A DNA stretch of 63,763 nt, filler included, from Sphacelaria rigidula (GCA_964200075.2; 6 parts of 6 records of this genome joined end to end with filler, not necessarily neighbours in it); one strand, 5' to 3'. Shown: positions 1-12,419, counted from the first letter of the whole stretch. Numbers and translations are program-made. Notes: generated by a model from the letters alone, not told the origin.

Positions 1-427
1 TTGTGTGCCCCCCCCCCCCCCACTCGACGGAACGAGTCCGTCGTCTCCAAAAAAATCAACTCGCTTCTCGCTCATCAACTGATCCCCTTGAAGTGTGTTG
101 ATCATGACATAAACGTAACCCCGAGGTGGAAAACGTCGCCGAAGGAAACTCGAGAATGAGGAAATGTAAAAGAGATGAAGTGGGGTGAAATGAAAGCAAA
201 AACAAACCAAACAAAAACAGAGCAAAACAAATAGAACAAGAGCATCAATGAAAAGAGGAGGCAAAAGGGGGGAACTAGAGGCGAGCAAAACTGTTGATAC
301 ACGGGTAACACCCGCTGACGGAAACTGAACCGACACAGCGGTGAAAATAAGCGAAAAAAATGGGAAAACATTAGACAGAATGAACTGATAACGCATGTAC
401 CGGTAAAATGCGTGCTGAACTGGACAG

Positions 428-3400
428 CGATACGGGCGCCGAGGCGAATCAGAAGGGCAAGGGTAAGAAAGGAGGTAAGAAGCCTCCCACCGCCAAATGG
501 ATCCCTTTGGAGCTCCAGAGGCTGTTTTCAAGGCTGCAGCTGCTCGACACACGCACCGACTCCACTGAGGTGAGATCTTACTCTCCTACTACTCTCGGAA
601 CGAAGGATACTTTGCCGTTTCTTTTCTTCATTTTAGCGTATCACAACCTGGTCCATACATATTTTGGCATCGGTGCAGCTGCCTGGTTGTTTTTGGTATC
701 ATGAGCTGAGTAAGTCGCTCATTTTCGGGTATTGTTTTGCGGTCAGTGCCTGTAGAATTTTGTAGTTTGTCATGATCAAGACATCAAGCCCATCGACGCC
801 TTGCGTTTCCAGTCGATGTAATCACGTTTTTCTGGGAGGGGGGGGGGGGGGGGGGGAGGGGCGACGGTGACCACGTGGTAGATAATTGTGAAACCACACA
901 CTGAAATGATGGAGAACTTGAACGTGACTTGATCGACAGCTTGCGCCTAGGAGACACTACCCCCACTGAAAATTAGGGGCTGAACCCTCACTTGCAACGA
1001 CCCCTTGAACTATACGGCTATGCACGGTTAGGTCTTGGGAAATCCGTTATGGTGCTTGAAAGAAGGCTGTCTAGTAGTTCCGCCGCGTTTTTTTCGCAGT
1101 GTGGCGTGCACGCCACCGCACAGCAGTAAGGATCTAGGCGGCGTCCCGGCACAGCGAAGGTATCGGGTGAATCGCTGTCGTGTCGAGCAGCAGGACATTC
1201 GCTCGCAGGAGAGACCGGTAGAGAGAGGAACGAGCACCGTGAGCAAACGTGCACGCGACCCCAAAACACAGCATCTCCGGCACAAAAAAATAAATAGTTA
1301 TGTACATCACCAGAAACAAAATTATAAACCAACTTACCAGCGGTGTCCACAGCAACGTGGGCATCTGCTGCATGGCTCCAGATGTCCAATCCAGGTCTTG
1401 TAGCGCGAGAACGAGTTAGTGAGCAAAGAGGCAACGCGGTGGATACTGGGCTGTGGGCAGACGGAACGCGAGGGGCCCTCCAGCGCCAGCTGGCTATCTC
1501 TTGAGAATGATATCGTTGGTCCCAACAGACGGAAGCGGACGCGGAGTACAGATGTTGGTTTGGGGTGGTGATGTCGCGTGTATGTCGCTCATACTGGCGC
1601 GGGCGTCGACCCTGCCTTTGGCGATGGTCTTACGGCGGGTTCAGGCGCTCGGGGCGGGGGGGAGTGGGGGGCGACAAGGCAGGGGACGGAATATCCGCGC
1701 TGAGCTGTCAGCGAAACGTGGGTCGCCGTGGGGCGGCTGAATAGCGTGGGACCCTTGACATTTTTTGCTTCGCGGTGGTCCGGGCCGGGCGCGCAGCAGG
1801 AAAAGCGCGGGCGGTATGGGGGGGGGGGGCAGGATGCTGAGGATGCCTCTGCAGCTGCTTGGGTTGAGTGTGTGAGAACGGCGCAACGTCACCCCCAGTT
1901 CGCTTTGGCTATGCTGTCAGGAGACATGGGGATGTTGCCTGCTCTTGAGCATGGGCGGCGGGTGGTACGGCATGGCTGCAATGGTCTCTATCGTGCGCTG
2001 ATGTATGCTTTGTCGGCCTGGTGTACACGGTGCTCGTTGGGGATGAGCCGGAGGCGGGGTGCGAGGAGGGCGTCGTCTTAGTTGGGCTGTTGCGTTCAAC
2101 ACTACCGTTAGATTGGATATCAGGGGGGGCATATCGCACGTAACCTACGGCCTGCGTAGACGGAACCTATCCTTGGTGGTCGGGGGAAGGAGAGCTGTGC
2201 GGTGTTTGGCCGCTGGCAGTGTATTACAGGAAAATGGAGCGCTGTGGCCAGGCGGTCCTGTTTAGCCCGCATGCCGCACCTGCTGTGGTTCAAGCACTGG
2301 ATTCGCTGCGGCGTAGTGTGACAGGGCCGCGGCCATGCTTGCCTGGTGTATGGGCCCGTTTTGTTTTACAAATAGAGCCGACTGTTAGATTCGCTGCATG
2401 CCCCCGTGCGCTCCTGCACTCCGGTTGGGAACACGAAGTAGCGTGGCGGACGAGCGCTGCCTGAGGAGTGGTGTTTGTCGAGAGGGGAACGCTTTTTTCT
2501 CCTGACTGTATCGTGTCGTGGTGCGTGGGCAAGGAGAAGTCTCGGCCAGTTGGAGACATGAGCGTGTAATGTCGTTACATTGTTTGCCAGGCCGATTGGT
2601 GATTTACGCATACGGAGGTGATTTGGATTGCTACAGGATAGTAAGGCTTCGCGAACGTGCCTGTCTTAGGGCGGGTGGCCTGAGGCCGCGTCTACGCAAC
2701 TCTGTGACCTTCAGATGCGAGATTTGCTCCACAGAGTGCCGCGCCCACGCCACCCCTTTCAGTCCCCTTGTGCAGAGCCCCCAACTAGCTTTTTCAGCCC
2801 AAGTGACGACAACCAGTACACCGTTCACTCAACATGCGTGCAGGCACTCGACGCGAAGGGCTTCGCTCTCACCGCGAACGCCCCTGACAGCTGCCCTTCC
2901 AAAGATATGGCCAGCTGGCGGTCGAGGACCCCCCCCGCGTTCGGTCTGCCCGTGGCCCAATATCCACCGCGTGGCCTCGCTACTCACCTGACTCTTGCTC
3001 ACGCCACAAGGCTCGGGTTGTGTATCGGAAGCCACACAGCTACAGCTGATCTTCGCGTCGCTGCGAACACCGCTGATGGGTTATTTCCTTAAAATGTTCA
3101 TTGATGATGTACAGATTTGTCTGTCAGTGTGTCAGAGATGCTGTGTTTTGGGGTCGGGTGTACGTTTGCCCACAGTGCTCCGTCCCCTCTCCGCCGATCT
3201 CTCTTGCGAGCGGGCGTCCAGTTGCTCGACGTAGCAGCGGCTCGCCCCATACCTTCGCTGTGCTTGGGCTCACCCTACGCCGCCACTCCTACCCGGTGGA
3301 GGGCACGCTACATCGCTAAAATATCGCGGTGGATTCTTTAACGGTCTCTTTTCATGCGTCGCAGCTGATTCCCCAATATCTAAATGTGTATCATTGTTTT

Positions 3401-6400
3401 GTACAGCGCCGTTCCCGTCGTATGTCGTGTGAGCTTTCGGAGTGTGTGGGCCTTCGCCCAAGTACCGTTGTGATACGACTTTCCCCTACCCTCCGTGTTC
3501 GTTTTTTCATCAGCGCCTGACCACCAAAGGCTTCAAGTGGCAGGATGACCAAGGCCGAGTGCAGCACGATGCGCACGAGTTGAATCGCCTGCTGATCGAC
3601 AAATTGGAGCGTAGCCTTAGGAAGAGCAAGACGAATTCTGGCTTGGTGTCCGCGTTGTATGAAGGCGTTCTGGTTAATCAGGTGCGGTGTTCTGAACATG
3701 GTGTGTTTTCAGTTTCCCTTCTTTATTTTGTGTTGGTGAAATCTTTGATACAGCTGGATTCTGTGATTTTTTGCTGGTCAAGGTAGTTGTTGATGTTGCT
3801 GTTGTTGTTCTTTACTTTCCATGGGATAAGTCCTACAGGTTGTCACCAATGTGATATTTCCGTTGTTGTTTTCATTGAGTGCTCGTTCGTAGAGGTGTAC
3901 TTCTGTGTGCCTTTCAGTAAGATATTTATGGCGACCTTTTGATGTGTGACTGTTGAGTCTTTCCCATACCCCCCCCCCCCGTACAAGCAACTCGTTGGAG
4001 GCTGTTATCCAAATGCAGTATGATCAGTAAGCTTCGGGCCGAACAATCTTAGCAGGGTAGAGCTCACCCTTCATGTGACTCGCCGAACACACCACGGTGC
4101 TTCGTGCTTGGTGGTTAGTTACGAGCCTGGTCCGGCGAAAACCCGGCGTGCTCCGGCCCGGCGTTGTAGGGATGCGAGGTCAACCGCCATACGACTATGG
4201 CATGCAAGATAATGAGTACACCCCCTGTACATGTTCTCCCGTGTGTACGGGGAAAGTGCGCTTTCATCTCATGGTCTTGACAAAAGCATACTATGTGCCA
4301 AGTTTATCCAGACGTGCTGTTTAGTGGGGGGAGGGCTGGTGCCTGCACCACAGCTCTTGGCCGATACCTGCGATTCTGTATAATTTCCCATGTTTGCAGA
4401 AGATTTGTTAGAGTTGTGTCGTCCCTACTTCAGTCACGTTGTGTCTCGCGCGTGCTGTCTGACGTTTCTTGTTCACCACGTGTGTGTCGCGTCGGGTTGT
4501 GCTTCTCGCTCGCGCTTATGGCGATGTGTGCGAATGTGGCATGTGTGGCTCGGCGTGTGCAGGTGAAGTGCCTCAAGTGCGATCATGTCAGCGAGCGGAA
4601 GGAAACGTTCCGCGATGTGCTCCTTCAGGTGGCGGGCCAAGAAGACTTGGTGAGTGTTCCGCTGTGACCCCGACAAACAGGATCGCCTGCGTCTTCGTCA
4701 GCCCCAAATTTTTGGATGGCGGGTGCAAAATAATTCAATATACATGGACATGTTCGGAATGTGTCACCAAGTTTAAACCTCAATTTTACAGCGATCAGCT
4801 GTAGCAAGGAAGCGTCATCATGAACTTCTCGTACAAGCCAAATGACCACTTGATTATTAAATAATAAAAAAAAACTCTGACAGGAAACCGCGATTTGTTC
4901 ATACCTTTGCTCCCTTCACTACTATGGTCCAGTGAGGGTCCCGGCATAGTACGGGGGATCGCCAGTCCGGCACTTGTCGGACCCTGGTTCGTGTCACTCC
5001 TCTGGTACATTGAGGGTCCCTGTTTATTGCCGCGGGTCGCTAGACCGCCACAGCCGTACTATGCCGGGAGCTCGCATAATACTGATGAATTTGCGATATA
5101 ACGGATCAGACTTTTGTCAATTGACTTGGACCGCACTACGGCGGAACCCTGCACTTCAGAGGACCGCACTATGATGAGACCGCCCCTATTGTTCCCACCC
5201 CTTGTCTTGCGAGGAGGCAAAGCACCGGGCGCAGAGCGCCAAGAAATTCGTACATGTACTGTTGTCGCATGTGGATGTTCGACCTTTGTCGGTACCTTTG
5301 TCGGATGTGTTGCTGTTCAAAGGTGACAAGTCTGCTAAGCTACACCAGGCCGGAGCGACTGGCGGGCGATAACAAGTACTTTTGCGACCAGTGTCAGAGC
5401 AAGCAGGATGCCTTGCGCTCACAGACTCTGAGGGCCTTGCCCCCTGTGCTCATTTTTAGCCTCAATAGGTGAGTACGGTGCTGTTGATTACAATATATAA
5501 TATATTCGATACTGTGTCCAGTACACTTTTTGACAATCTTGTCTGTTGTCCAAAGTGTGATTTTTCTACAAGGGGGCGGGTGTACTCATGATCTTGCATG
5601 CCATAGTCATGTGACCATTGACCTCGCATCCCTACAAAGTCGGGAGGCGACTGAGTGTGGGACGGACGGGGGGGGGGGTGAACATTGATCTATCAACCAA
5701 ACTTTGTTCGGATGTCGGTTCGTTGGCTTTGTTGGTTTCGTTCTTGTAAACAGATTCGAGTTCGACTTCGAGACCCTAGAGCGAGTAAAGGTGCAGACCC
5801 CCTTCAGATACCCTGTGGCTTTGGACATGGAGCCTTTTGTGGAGGGAAGAGCCTGGGCTGGCAATGACAATTCTGACGAGAGCCAGGTGACACAAACGTG
5901 AAAAGGGACTGCCCACGCAGGACACGGCGTCGTCCTGTCGTCCTGTCGTCCTGCAACTGAGCCCGAGCGAGAGACAAAGATGAAGAGATGCCACTTTATT
6001 TATTTTTCACCGTCATGACAACTGCTCAGGACATCTATGAATGCACATGTCTCGCAGAACGCTGCCTGTAATCGTTTCATTCATGAAGATATGAAATCGC
6101 CCGAATCTTACGGATCACAATTCAACATGAGTAAGGAGGCGTTCGATCTCTGTGACCGCGGGCGGGTAGCGCTCGTGCGGGAATGATTATCGTGCGTACG
6201 GCGGCGGGTTGTGCGTAGTGACTCGGAGGAAACATGGGTCACTGCTCGGTGCAGTTTTTATATCCCGTACAATTGTTCATATATTGTAATACGCAGAAAA
6301 TATTACCTCGTTTTGCTCCCACAGCATTTTCGGAATATTGAAACGTGTTCATTTTGTGTTAATCGCCTTATTTTGAGCGGCTGGTTGCCCAATTTTACTC

Positions 6401-9400
6401 GTCACCTCCATGACCATTCACCTGTTTGTTCCCTTGTTTTGTGCTGTATGTGCTTCACGTGATCAGTATTGCAGTACAACAGACCATCACGAATATGTCG
6501 AATATTTTGTGTTTTTGGCGGTGCTGCAGTGGTGAAAAGGGCAGACAAGCACGATACTACCGTGTTGGTCGTTTCTCGTTCCGTCTTTTTCATTTTCGTT
6601 GTTTTTCTATAGCAAACGTGAAGCGTTTCTGTTGTTGTGTTTGAGGCCGTTTTTTACGGTACCGTGGACCGCAAAGAGGCGGGCTGATGCATGCTACTGT
6701 AATAGTTGGTGGCATGAGGGAACAAGGGACAAGGAAAGGACTGTCATTCGAGTCACTTGCGTATCGATTTTTTCTCCTTTATTCAAAGACAGTTCTCGTC
6801 ATGACTACGATACCCGTTGTTCACGTTGGTGGCATGATGGAGCAAGGGACAAGGAAACGATTGTCATTCGAGTCACTTGCGTATCGATTTTTTCTCCTTT
6901 TTTCAAAGACAGTTCTCATCATGATTACGATACCCGCTGTTCACGCCTTTTGCTCGCCTGGGTGTGTCATCCAGATTTTAGAGTCATCCGTCGAAGGACT
7001 GAGAGTCCTCAATCTACTCTTTTTTCTTCCTGCTAAGAGCACAGCCAATTGCGCAGCATTATACTACTGTACACCATGGGGTAAACATACACCGTATCGT
7101 TGACACTTGTCGAGTAGGAAATATTTATTTCGTAGAACCCCTTCGAGTAGGATGCTTCGAGGTCTAGCTTTTGAAGCTGCTCGCTGTTAGCCATTCACGA
7201 CTAAAACATCTACATACATGCGTTCTCTCTGCTTTCAATCCTTGAAACTCGTCGCAGATCCCCGATCTAGCCGGAGACCCCGATACCCCGGGCACGTGCC
7301 GCAACCGCCAAAAGTGGATACCGCAGGCGTGGAGGGATGCAGAGATCGATGCCGAGGACGTGTACAAGCGGTCGCTCTCAAATGACGAGAGAGCCGCCGC
7401 CGCATCGATGGACGAGGTGCTCATGCTGAGGAAGGGAGGCGGAGCCGTTGGTGGAGAAGAGCGGGGGGCGGAAGGGGTGCGGCAGGCGGAAGAGCAGGAG
7501 TCAGGAGGGCTGGTGTATGACTTGCTGGCTGTTGTGGTGCACAGGGGTAGCGCGTATTCAGGACACTATCATGCGTTCATCAAGGACAGCTTACAGGAGG
7601 TGAGGGCGCCGTTCGTTGTTGCTGCTTTTTGTTCGTCTGTTTTTCGGAAAATATGTTTGGATTGAGAGACGACGCACACAGCAATCAACGAAGATCTTGT
7701 AGTTCGCTAGTTTGTTCGCTTGTTTGTTGTTTAGTTTCTCGTACAAGTTTGGTTGTTGGGATTTCAGCGGAATTCAGTAAATTGCTCACGCTCACATATT
7801 CACAGTAGGCATTCATCGATCATTTTTTCTCGTACAGAGAATCGACATCAAGGTCGACGAGGTAAAGGAACTACTGAACCCTTCTCGCGATAAAGAGAAG
7901 GGCAAGCACCGCAGAAGGAAAGTGAAGAACGAAAGCAAATAAAAAAGAACAACTCCTGTGTTGGCCTTCCTCCTGTGCGACCCCGGGTGGTGCACCAAAA
8001 ATATACCGAAAGATGTAGACCGACGTCAAGAATAAATGGGTTGACAACACACACACACGCAGGGTGAATAATAGGCTAGCTCGCCGTACCGGACCCGAAC
8101 TGTACTCACAGCAGCGAGATTGTTTTTGTTTCAAAGCTTCGATCTCGACGGAAGAAGGAGCCATAATAACGTACTAAATAGCTACAGTTATATGTGCGAT
8201 AAACAAAATACGACAAAAATAAATATGTTTGCGCTGGCATTCTAGTGACCCTTTCAGACCAAAAGAAGCAGAAATGTCAGATTGGACTGGTTCTTGCGAG
8301 TGGCCGATTGACTGGTGATTGATTGTTAATTGATCGATGATTGTCGCACATTAACTGCCCCCCGAGGGATGTGACTCTCCCAGTTATCGTCATCATCCAC
8401 GAGATGGGTGTTTCCAAGTTGAGCAAAACGGAACCAAAAACAGTCCCTGAAGAAAACTGAAGGAAACAGAAAAGTGGAACCACACCGTGGACAATAGAAT
8501 GCACTGTCGAAAGTGTACTGTGTACTGTGTACAGTAAGTACAGTATTGACTATTGCACCTGTTGCAGCAGAAAATATATTCCATACTGTACGCAGTATAT
8601 TTATTTACAACATGATCTGTTGTCATGATCTAGGGTGTTGGTGGCACATACAAGCAGAGCATCAAGGCTTGAAAAAATGAAGGACGAACAAACACACACG
8701 CAAGTGAACGAATTAAAATCGAGAGAAGAACAGAGTAAATGTGGCCGGGCCTCTGGAACGTGGCTTCAGGTGCAGAAGGTCTTGCGCAAGTGCACATGCA
8801 CTCAGACCACTCGTAAACGAAGAGGTCGTAGGATCAGATTGCAGCTCAACTATTTCAACTATTCCATTCATTTCAGATCACACTTCTTGGGCATGAGAGT
8901 ATCCACGAAGAAAATCTTTCCCCCTCTACGGGAAACGCGGATTTTTGTACGAAGCGAGAGCTTGGCAGATTGCGGCGCCACGGAAGGACTTGCTGTACCT
9001 GTAGCCTCGTTCTCGCAGGAAGGATGCCAGCGCACTTTTTCCATATTTCGCGCGCCCGATTTGACGTGTGGCCTGACTGTAATAGCGGGTTCTCACACAA
9101 ACCAAAATTTTGTCTTATTTTCTGTAGGTGAGTTTGTTTCAATTTTTTTATACCGTAACTCAAGATGAACTTTCACTTCGTGTTGAGAAATTGCTAGTCC
9201 GGCGCTGGAACTTTCTCAAGAGTGTGTCATACAGCAAGTCTTTTCGGGGTGGCATAACCCACTAAGCCTCTTTTGTCGAGCGAAAATCAGCGCCGAACTG
9301 CCGATGTAGGCATTTTTCAGCAAATCCTGTGCGGAACCGGCCCCTGAATGGGCGACAAACGATCAATCATAGTGGTCATCACACTAGATTTCCAGCTTAC

Positions 9401-10167
9401 GCGGATACCGTTGGCCATGGGAGATGCACAGGAACACATATCTTGTGTGTTAGCAATAGATAGCGTCGCCGCGTCCCCATTCATTTTTCAAAACCGCACA
9501 TGTTCGGCCTGTGGTGTGTTCCATCTTCGCCATTATTCACATATGTGGCGGATTTTGTCGTACCCGTACTCATTATGGGGGTCATTAACAATGCGGGCGC
9601 TACGGTACTCTAGAAATGCCCGCATAAAAAGTGGGACTGAGTCCGACCTAGAACCCACATCTTACAATGATTGTTGAACAAAACAAATAGTATATTTTCC
9701 GATGGACTGATTCATTTTTCAGTTATCTTCATCGAATCACCAAGATTCGCCGTGGAAAAATTCGACGATGGAACGTGACGACATGTGAACGCGATGAAAC
9801 GATAGGAAAGGTGGACATGCTCCATGCAGGATTTGATACACGTCTGCAAACGGAGACAGGATGATGAAGAACATGACAATTACTTTGGCGACATGATTCG
9901 AGAGCAGCATTATGGATGATGAAGTGTGACCACCCGATGGAAACACGACGCATAACGTTGTGATTGCGCAACATGACACATAGCGTGGTAACGGTGCGGC
10001 GATGCTGCGGTGAACAGGGCAGGTGGGTGCCGCCATCAGGATTTGAGCTGTCCGAGGTGGAGGCTGCCGCGACGGCGGCACTGGTACAGGAAGAACCGAC
10101 GGACGGGGCCACCAGCGTCAAGAACACATCCTCCGCGAAAGGCAAACGCAAAGGCAAGCCACTCTAG
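428..10167 (+). CDS. USP40: Ubiquitin-specific protease (peptidase C19), USP40-like; partial spliced gene, 5' exons outside the contig and 3' end uncertain
   Basis: Phase-consistent exons 428-569, 3514-3681, 4563-4649, 5323-5468, 5754-5886, 7258-7599 and 10018-(10153 or stop at 10167), joined by GT-AG introns. Joined translation has USP motifs in order: IPLELQRLFSRLQL, QHDAHELNRLLIDKLE, LYEGVLVNQVKCLKCDHVSERKETFRD, YFCDQC, LPPVLIFSLNRFEFDFETLERVK, His box YDLLAVVVHRGSAYSGHYHAFIKD then GRW. This resembles USP40 as I recall it; orthology is not tested. The Cys box is not in the window. Confidence 0.9.
1018..3392. repeat. Pair of long diverged inverted repeats (about 1018-1530 and 2885-3392) in a USP intron; foldback-like element
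   Basis: The reverse complement of 1018-1530 aligns by eye to 2885-3392, sharing blocks such as GTCTGCCC..GCCCA.TATCCACCGCGT, GAGATGCTGTGTTTTGGGGTCG and ATACCTTCGCTGTGC. Confidence 0.8.
4160..5645. repeat. Dispersed repeat in inverted orientation (4163-4226 on + and 5570-5640 on -)
   Basis: TTGTAGGGATGCGAGGTCAA...GACTATGGCATGCAAGAT.ATGAGTACACCC occurs at 4163-4226 and as its reverse complement at 5570-5640. Confidence 0.8.
6705..6945 (+). repeat. 120-bp tandem duplication (2 copies)
   Basis: Units start with GTTGGTGGCATGA at 6705 and 6825 and differ by only a few substitutions. Confidence 0.95.
7830..8058 (+). mobile_element. 5'-truncated copy of a tRNA-derived SINE, ending in (CA)n
   Basis: Matches the body and 3' end of the SINE at 61681-62043 (GGTCGACGAG..AAAGGAA..CTGAACCC, GGCAAGCACCGCAGAA, TGTAGACCGACGTC..GAATAAATGGG..GACAACAC). 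The tRNA head is missing. Confidence 0.8.
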
Positions 10168-10464
10168 AGCACACGCAAGACACCAGATCCAATCCTGCAG
10201 CAATATTAAGTTTGGACGAATACGTATCGCTAGCCAGAGTCCCCGAAAATGTGTCCGGTGCGTGACGCGTCTATTGGTCTTGGAATTCTTGGAGACATAC
10301 GGTGGAACGAGGTGTCGGTGTTGGTGTAGGTATGCTGATTCTCATATGGCCTCCTACTTGAAGCTCTGGCGGAGGGCTGTCGAGGAGTGCTCCCAGGCCC
10401 GTTTCTCATTCTTATCCGGGCTTCCATGTCTGTTGATCTTGCTTCTCTCGTTCCTTGTTTTTCT

Positions 10465-10498
<34 letters not shown>

Positions 10499-10546
10499 TT
10501 CCCCCCCCCTCTCCCCCCCTTCTCGTTCTTCTCGCTACCACAGAAA

Positions 10547-10646
10547 NNNNNNNNNNNNNNNNNNNNNNNNNNNNNNNNNNNNNNNNNNNNTTAATTAATT
10601 AANNNNNNNNNNNNNNNNNNNNNNNNNNNNNNNNNNNNNNNNNNNN
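10547..10646. other. Artificial contig linker (44 N + TTAATTAATTAA + 44 N)
   Basis: Identical 100-nt spacer with stop codons in all six frames; recurs five times in the window. Confidence 0.98.
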
Positions 10647-10699
<53 letters not shown>

Positions 10700-11240
10700 T
10701 ATTATAATTATTATTATAATTATAATTATAATTATTATTATAATTATTATTATTATTATTATTATAATTATAATTATAGAATAATTATAATTATTATTAT
10801 AATAATTATAATTATTATTATTATAATAATTATTATTATAATAATTATAATTATTATTATTATTATTATCGTGCCCACCACTACTACATCCTCAAGGATC
10901 ACCATTTTAGGCTCAGTTCTACATTACGCCGAAGTTGAGACTTTATCACCAGGGGGTGTATATATATTATAATTATAATTATAGAATAATTATAATTATT
11001 ATTATAATAATTATAATTATTATTATTATAATAATTATTATTATAATAATTATAATTATTATTATTATAATTATAATAATAATAATTATAATTATTATAA
11101 TAATAATTATAATTATTCTATAATTATAATTATAATAATAATTATATAATAATTATAATTATTCTATAATTATAATTATAATAATAATTATAATTATAAT
11201 TATAATAATAATTATAATTATAATAATAATAATAATGATG
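10647..11240. repeat. Compound (AAT)n/(ATT)n microsatellite with a unique insert of about 100 bp (10870-10960)
   Basis: Directly visible; it produces the spurious poly-Ile ORF. Confidence 0.95.
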
Positions 11241-11250
11241 AGTCGGTAGA

Positions 11251-11815
11251 CGGTCGCTCTGGTGGCTCAGTTGGTAACCCTCAAACCATATGGCGGTTGG
11301 GTCGTCGGTTCGAACCTCAGTGCAGTCACACAATCTGGAATTTTATCTCACACCATGTTCAACAGTGGACGGCGACTACAAAGTTCTCGTGAGATTGAGA
11401 GTAGGGCGCTGATTGAGAGTGGCTTTGACTATTCGCTCCAACGAAGCCAGTTTTCATTCCATGCCTGCTTTTCTTCGCCTCTGACACTGACGTGTGCATA
11501 CGGCTACGCGTCGATATCTTGCTCAGGGGTATCAAGGGTCTCAGTGGCAAGCTCCTACAGTACAGAGAGCATCCTGAGCCTCGTGAAGGGGCATCCCGGA
11601 ACTGAAACGATTCATTGACTACTTGACCGCTTTCCACTCTCAATCGTATCTTCTATTCTCAATCTCACGAAAACATTGTTTACAGTTTATCGTGAGTAGA
11701 CAGAATTCGGTTTCACGGTCGACGAGCGAAAGGGACCGTTGAACCTCTCTCGCGATGAAAAAGTAAGGCGGCCACCGCAGAATTCCTGTGTTGACCTCCC
11801 TTCTGTGTTACACGT
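11251..11815 (+). mobile_element. tRNA-derived SINE interrupted by a MITE
   Basis: Pol III A box TGGCTCAGTTGG (about 11263) and B box GGTTCGAACC (about 11307). Similarity to the SINE at 61681-62043 runs up to CAACAGTGGA.GGCGACTA and resumes after 11678 (CGGTCGACGAG.GAAAGG..C..TGAACC, CACCGCAGAA). Confidence 0.8.
11379..11678. mobile_element. 300-bp MITE with about 45-bp terminal inverted repeats (CA.TGTTTTCGTGAGATTGAGAGTAG...), possibly hAT-derived
   Basis: Left end CAAAGTTCTCGTGAGATTGAGAGTAG...GATTGAGAGTGG; right end CCACTCTCAATC...CTATTCTCAATCTCACGAAAACATTG. The same termini occur at 42579-42631 and 63711-63763. No clear target-site duplication. Confidence 0.8.
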
Positions 11816-11884
11816 GAGGCACACAAGTACTGTATCAGCATGGATATCGCATCATGGTCTCGACTTCACTTGATTTGTACTGTT

Positions 11885-12054
11885 TGAACCTTTTCGGGAC
11901 CGGAATCCTAGAAACATGTGGTTTGCACGCAGGGGCGTTTCCATGAATCGGTAATATTTTTAGTTGGAAACGATTAAATATCATGTCGATTCATACACAA
12001 ACACCCCTGCATGCATATCACATGTTTCTGGGGATCCCGTCACAGAAGAGTTAA
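11885..12054. mobile_element. About 165-bp palindromic foldback MITE flanked by TGAA/TTAA (piggyBac-like target)
   Basis: The left arm (...AGAAACATGTGGTTTGCACGCAGGGGCGTTT..ATGAATCG) is the reverse complement of the right arm (CGATTCAT..AAACACCCCTGCATGCATATCACATGTTTCT...). TTAA lies at 12051-12054. Confidence 0.7.
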
Positions 12055-12419
12055 TCCTTTGACCGGTAGGGTAGGTCATCTCGACCACGCTGTAGTTTGC
12101 TTGTCCAAGTAACTGATGCCGATTTAACAACAGATAACCTATCATGGCGGTCAAATGGTCAAATTCGTTGCCACTATATGGGTTCTTGGTTTGCGGGGGC
12201 GGTCAGTTCCTCAGGTTCACTTTTGATTGTGATGCGTTGTGTTGAGCCTTCGTACATAGTCATCATCCATGTTGCTCTTGGGGCTGAAAACGAAACAAAA
12301 AAAAACGTTTTTCAAAATCGAACCGGCATCATGTTCACGAAACACTCAGAAGACACGACAATTTTTCCCGCCGCTTTCCATCAACCATTTGAAGTGAAAT
12401 CAATTTCACTCAATAAAAA

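Noticed and set aside
10591..10602. TTAATTAATTAA as a biological motif
   Set aside because: It is a synthetic six-frame stop linker embedded in N runs.
11255..11330. Functional tRNA gene
   Set aside because: A and B boxes are present, but I see no convincing cloverleaf and the sequence continues into a SINE body; the same applies to 61960-62040.
10935..11333. Poly-Ile and Tyr/Asn ORFs
   Set aside because: They are translations of the AAT/ATT microsatellite.
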